From Candidatus Micrarchaeota archaeon (GTDB taxonomy: Archaea > Micrarchaeota > Micrarchaeia > Anstonellales > Bilamarchaeaceae): 38,321 nt of DNA. Below the pieces are notes generated by a model that had not been told where the DNA came from, ran no database searches, and saw only the letters and a program-made list of their open reading frames with translations. Positions 34,753-38,321 of the stretch are shown one piece after another. Position 1 is the stretch's first letter; the number at the start of each line of letters is the position of its first letter. The DNA lies in assembly GCA_032123335.1 (NCBI GenBank), contig JAQBFN010000043.1, forward strand, positions 1 through 38,321. The letters run 5' to 3'. Made by a program: the position numbers and the translations under genes.

Positions 34753-37700
34753 ATGATTCAAAACAAGAAAACCCAATCCCTTTTCCTTTGCTCAGTTTTT
34801 CTTATCCTTCTTTCTTCAGTTGCGTTTTCCATGACTCTGATACCCCTGGAAACAAGCCCCCCTCTTGTTCCCGGCCTTCAGGAAGGAGGAACCTTTTTTA
34901 TACCCGGACAGGGATTCCAGACCTTCCGGTTTACAGGCTGCGATGCCTGCCCCTCCATGGATGCCCTTGAAACAAGGCAGGACATAAGCAATTATGCAGA
35001 TGAAAACCTTTCGGTCGTAACCCTCGGAGCAACCAAGGAGGACCAAAGGCTCCCAGTTGAGGACGCAACAATATTTGTAAAAGTTATTTATGGGGAAGGA
35101 GGCAGCAACTACTGCAGGGCCGTAACTGACAGTGTTGGCGAAGCGGATTTTGTTTATGAAGAGGCTCCATATTCTACCTGCTTTGAGCAGGGCTGCACCG
35201 TGCGCTTTACTTTCTGCTGCCCGAACCTTACTGAAGGCTCCTGCCTGATAAAGGACTGCCTTGGGGAGCCTTCCATAAGCGCATATAATGATGGGATACC
35301 TCCCTGCCCTGGTTATGAATCCATGGAGGGCTCCTGGCCCCTGGAAGCAACAGTGGACGGGCAGTTTTATTCCCTAGTTCCTTCCATAGAGGAATTCCTT
35401 ATACCTATTCCTATTGCTGACCCGCTTGCAGGCTTTTCGTTCGGGTTCTGCTTCCCAATCCTTGTAATTTTCAGCCTTCTTGCTGCAGCAATGTTTGCTT
35501 CCGGAAGGAACCCTTTCAATGCATTTTCATTCTATACCCCCCGCTTCAAGAGGGGAACTGAAAAGATGATACGGGGCCGTGGAACGGTGTGGAACATCAA
35601 CTCTATGGTGAATACCCTGATGAGCACTGCTACTGCTGCTTCAAGGGATTCAAAAGCTGGAAAAGTCCAGGGAGTCGAGTTTTCCAGGATGAAAAGACTG
35701 GGGAAAATAGGGAAAAAAGGAAAAACCAAAATGGCCGTAGGGGAAGGCAAGAAGAAAAAAATGGCTACAACTGGTGGCAAAGATGGCATTGCTGTAGAGA
35801 TGGGAGGCATGGAAGAAGGCGGCTTTGCTAAGGCTCTCGGAACTACGGGTGCAATGGCACAGCAATCATGGGCCAAAGGGGCAGGAGGAGTAAAAGGGGC
35901 GTTTCAAGCCGCAGGATTTGTTACTGCGGGGTTTGTTGGAGGCATGGGCTTAGCAATGATGCAGAAGATGTCCTACAGGTTTATGCCGCTGACTGTTGTT
36001 ATTGCAGGAGGGTTTGGATTCAATGGGCTTGTTGGGGTGATAGCAGAATCAATTAATACTAGTGAGGGGGGAACACGTGCGGTAGTCGAGTCACTTGCTG
36101 ATGACCTCAAAGCAATAGGTTATCGCGAGGACCCGAAAGACCCGAACACAATTCATTTCAATGACAGGGATGGGAATCCCCAAACCATGACCTTTGCCAA
36201 CACTGAAGAAGGGCAAAAGCGGAAAGCCGAGAAAGTAAAGGACCTCATAGGCGGGCCTAATATTTCGCTTGCAATTGCTTCTGCTGCGCATGCTGCAGCA
36301 GTAAATGAAAACGCTACTGAGAAAGCGACTGATGTAACTGAAGTGCAACTGAAGAATGCACAGAAAGGAGAAGGCGTGATAGGAGAGCATGTGAACTCTG
36401 TTGTTGCCAAATATGATACTGATGGAAAAGAAGGGATTTCTGCAAAGGAATTCCAGGCAGCGATGAAGAAAGCAAAGCCTGAGGAGATGGGTGCGCTTAT
36501 TCTTGCTGCCCCGGAAAAGGCAATTCAGGATCTTCCAAAAGCATATGTCGCGTATATGAAGGGCAAAATAGAATCCGGGGAATTCAGCGCAAAGGATTAT
36601 GCTGAAGCCGCACTTGTGCTTGCAAAGGCGGAAGCTGCGGGAGTGGAGTTCAGGGACGTAAGAGGCTTTGGGGCGGACGTTGCCCAGAGGGAGGACATTT
36701 CCAAAGGCGCCAAGGCTGAGGTGGAAGCAGGGAAAATGACTGAAGCAGAGGCAGTCTCAGCACACAGGAGCGCCCTTGCTGAAAAGGAGTATTATGATGC
36801 TGTAATGAAAGGTACTGTGGATACGGATATGGGCGACCTTGCAAATGCGCTGTCGAATGCCCAAGCTTCAATGAATAATCCTGATCCGAAAGTAAAGCCC
36901 ATGATTCAGGTTGGAGAAGGAGACCAGGCCCTGCTTGCCATAGGAGCATCTGCATGTGCAGCAGCAGGAGGCGGAGATGGCCTTAAAGACTCTAATGCAG
37001 GCAGCAATCTCAACTACAGTGGATTTGTTGCGCTGAATGACCTTAGCAATGCTCCTGAATCCAAGGAACCCTCCAAGGAATTCAATGAGGTAATGCAGGG
37101 ATATGGGGACCGCACTGATAGCGGACACCCAGGAAATTATGTTGCTGCAAAAGAGAAGCAGGGGATGGCAGCAGAAGCGGTCCAGGAATTAGTTATGTAT
37201 GGCGCAGAAAGGGGCGCATCCTACAGCGAATTTGACCAGATGGCTATGAAAGGGGGGTTCCTGAGCAGTGAGAATGAGCAGAAAGTAAAAGCAATGATGC
37301 GCGGGGAACTCCCGACAATGTATGACAATGCATGGGCAGCAACCGCAACTTCAGAGGATATTACTAAAGCAAAAGAGGATATAAAGAGCGGAAAGATGGC
37401 CCCGGATGAGCAAGCAAAACTTGAGCTGAGGGTTGGGATTGCGGAGTCCGCTACTAAGAAAGCCGAGGCGCACAAGGAATTGCAAGCACCCCTTACCCAT
37501 CATGTTCTTGTAGAGAATGCCCTGACCTCTCCAGAATATGAGAATGCATACAAAGAAGCAACGTTAAATGTTGCAAAAAAGATTATGGATAAAAAATTAG
37601 ACCAGGGTTCGTTTGAATCAGAAGTTAGCAAGCAGATGGAGGCCAAAGGATTTGGGAACTATGGAAAGACTGTTACTTATGTGGAATCCCAGGTGCACGA

Positions 37701-38321
37701 TACTCTAAATGATAAGGCCAAGCTTAATGCAGCCGTAGGTGAATATCTCTCTGGAGGTAAGCCCCCCGGATTTGCAGATTCTGAAAAGCTTAAGAAGTTT
37801 GATGTGATTTCTACGGATCCACAGGAAAGGCGCATTACTGAGCTGAAGCAGCAGCAGGCTGCTGAGGTTGCAGCAAGGCCTGCGCTTGATTCTGAAATAG
37901 CAGAGACAAACCAAAAGCGCCGGACATACTCTGCTGTGGCATCTGAATGGGCTGCAGGGCCAGGGGATGAAATTTATGCAAACAAGAAGCACCTGAATTA
38001 TGCAGATGAGCAGAGGCAGATAAAGCAAGAACAGGACTTCAAGCAAAAGGTTGCATTTGGCATAGCCCGTGAATGGGCAGGGGAGAATAAAGACAAGATA
38101 CTCAAGACATTTGATACTGAAGACCAGCTCCAGAAATACATGGACCAGCGCCCGGACCTGAAAGCTGCGCAGGAAGAATACAAAAGCGGAACTCCTACGT
38201 GGGGGGACCGCTTCGTGCATGACCTCCCAAGCAACAAATATGACCGGTACAAGGACTGGAAGGAAAGGTATGGTGGCGACCAGGGAAGCTATGGAGATTT
38301 CGTGAAATATGAGCAAGACAA
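34753..38321 (+). CDS. large membrane-anchored protein, >1189 aa, 3'-truncated by window edge (absent from ORF track)
   Basis: Translated by hand: ATG 34753 lies 5 nt after SD GGTG and frame 1 is open to the window end. Signal peptide (MIQNKKTQSLFLCSVFLILLSSVAFS), Cys-rich ectodomain, TM FCFPILVIFSLLAAAMFASGRNPF, then a long A/E/K-rich helical region. Confidence 0.9.
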   Translation, partial: MIQNKKTQSLFLCSVFLILLSSVAFSMTLIPLETSPPLVPGLQEGGTFFIPGQGFQTFRFTGCDACPSMDALETRQDISNYADENLSVVTLGATKEDQRLPVEDATIFVKVIYGEGGSNYCRAVTDSVGEADFVYEEAPYSTCFEQGCTVRFTFCCPNLTEGSCLIKDCLGEPSISAYNDGIPPCPGYESMEGSWPLEATVDGQFYSLVPSIEEFLIPIPIADPLAGFSFGFCFPILVIFSLLAAAMFASGRNPFNAFSFYTPRFKRGTEKMIRGRGTVWNINSMVNTLMSTATAASRDSKAGKVQGVEFSRMKRLGKIGKKGKTKMAVGEGKKKKMATTGGKDGIAVEMGGMEEGGFAKALGTTGAMAQQSWAKGAGGVKGAFQAAGFVTAGFVGGMGLAMMQKMSYRFMPLTVVIAGGFGFNGLVGVIAESINTSEGGTRAVVESLADDLKAIGYREDPKDPNTIHFNDRDGNPQTMTFANTEEGQKRKAEKVKDLIGGPNISLAIASAAHAAAVNENATEKATDVTEVQLKNAQKGEGVIGEHVNSVVAKYDTDGKEGISAKEFQAAMKKAKPEEMGALILAAPEKAIQDLPKAYVAYMKGKIESGEFSAKDYAEAALVLAKAEAAGVEFRDVRGFGADVAQREDISKGAKAEVEAGKMTEAEAVSAHRSALAEKEYYDAVMKGTVDTDMGDLANALSNAQASMNNPDPKVKPMIQVGEGDQALLAIGASACAAAGGGDGLKDSNAGSNLNYSGFVALNDLSNAPESKEPSKEFNEVMQGYGDRTDSGHPGNYVAAKEKQGMAAEAVQELVMYGAERGASYSEFDQMAMKGGFLSSENEQKVKAMMRGELPTMYDNAWAATATSEDITKAKEDIKSGKMAPDEQAKLELRVGIAESATKKAEAHKELQAPLTHHVLVENALTSPEYENAYKEATLNVAKKIMDKKLDQGSFESEVSKQMEAKGFGNYGKTVTYVESQVHDTLNDKAKLNAAVGEYLSGGKPPGFADSEKLKKFDVISTDPQERRITELKQQQAAEVAARPALDSEIAETNQKRRTYSAVASEWAAGPGDEIYANKKHLNYADEQRQIKQEQDFKQKVAFGIAREWAGENKDKILKTFDTEDQLQKYMDQRPDLKAAQEEYKSGTPTWGDRFVHDLPSNKYDRYKDWKERYGGDQGSYGDFVKYEQD

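Noticed and set aside
35532..38316. Short ORF-track ORFs in the last 3.5 kb, including 37705..38316 (-)
   Set aside because: They are shadows of the uninterrupted frame-1 gene starting at 34753.
1..38321. CRISPR array, rRNA, transposase or viral hallmark genes
   Set aside because: No regularly spaced repeats or matching sequence or protein motifs were found.

Overview
Archaeal chromosomal window, most likely from a DPANN lineage such as Micrarchaeota. This is an inference from gene content, dense packing and TATA/leaderless gene starts. The left half (1-14 kb) is mostly housekeeping: a KaiC/RAD55-type ATPase fragment, acylphosphatase, an MFS transporter, Elp3, a secreted Lon-like protease, tRNA-Gly(CCC), an XPD helicase, the RFC large subunit, a small basic two-repeat protein, a membrane spermidine-synthase-like protein, rpS6e and aIF2-gamma. 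The right half is dominated by cell-envelope genes: a VirB2/CedA1-like pilin, four type IV pilin-like genes and a polytopic membrane protein fused to two AAA domains. These are followed by a tightly coupled operon of more than 16 kb (21917 to the window end). The operon encodes six paralogous CedA/VirB6-like membrane proteins, a 1712-aa Cys-rich surface protein, and a >1189-aa membrane-anchored protein that the ORF track missed. Best candidates for new biology: (1) this six-paralog Ced/T4SS-like contact or transfer apparatus; (2) an aIF2-gamma gene that apparently must start at CTG; (3) the membrane-embedded Cdc48-like ATPase; (4) an unannotated GC-rich structured element next to tRNA-Gly. All family assignments come from motif recognition by eye; no database searches were run.
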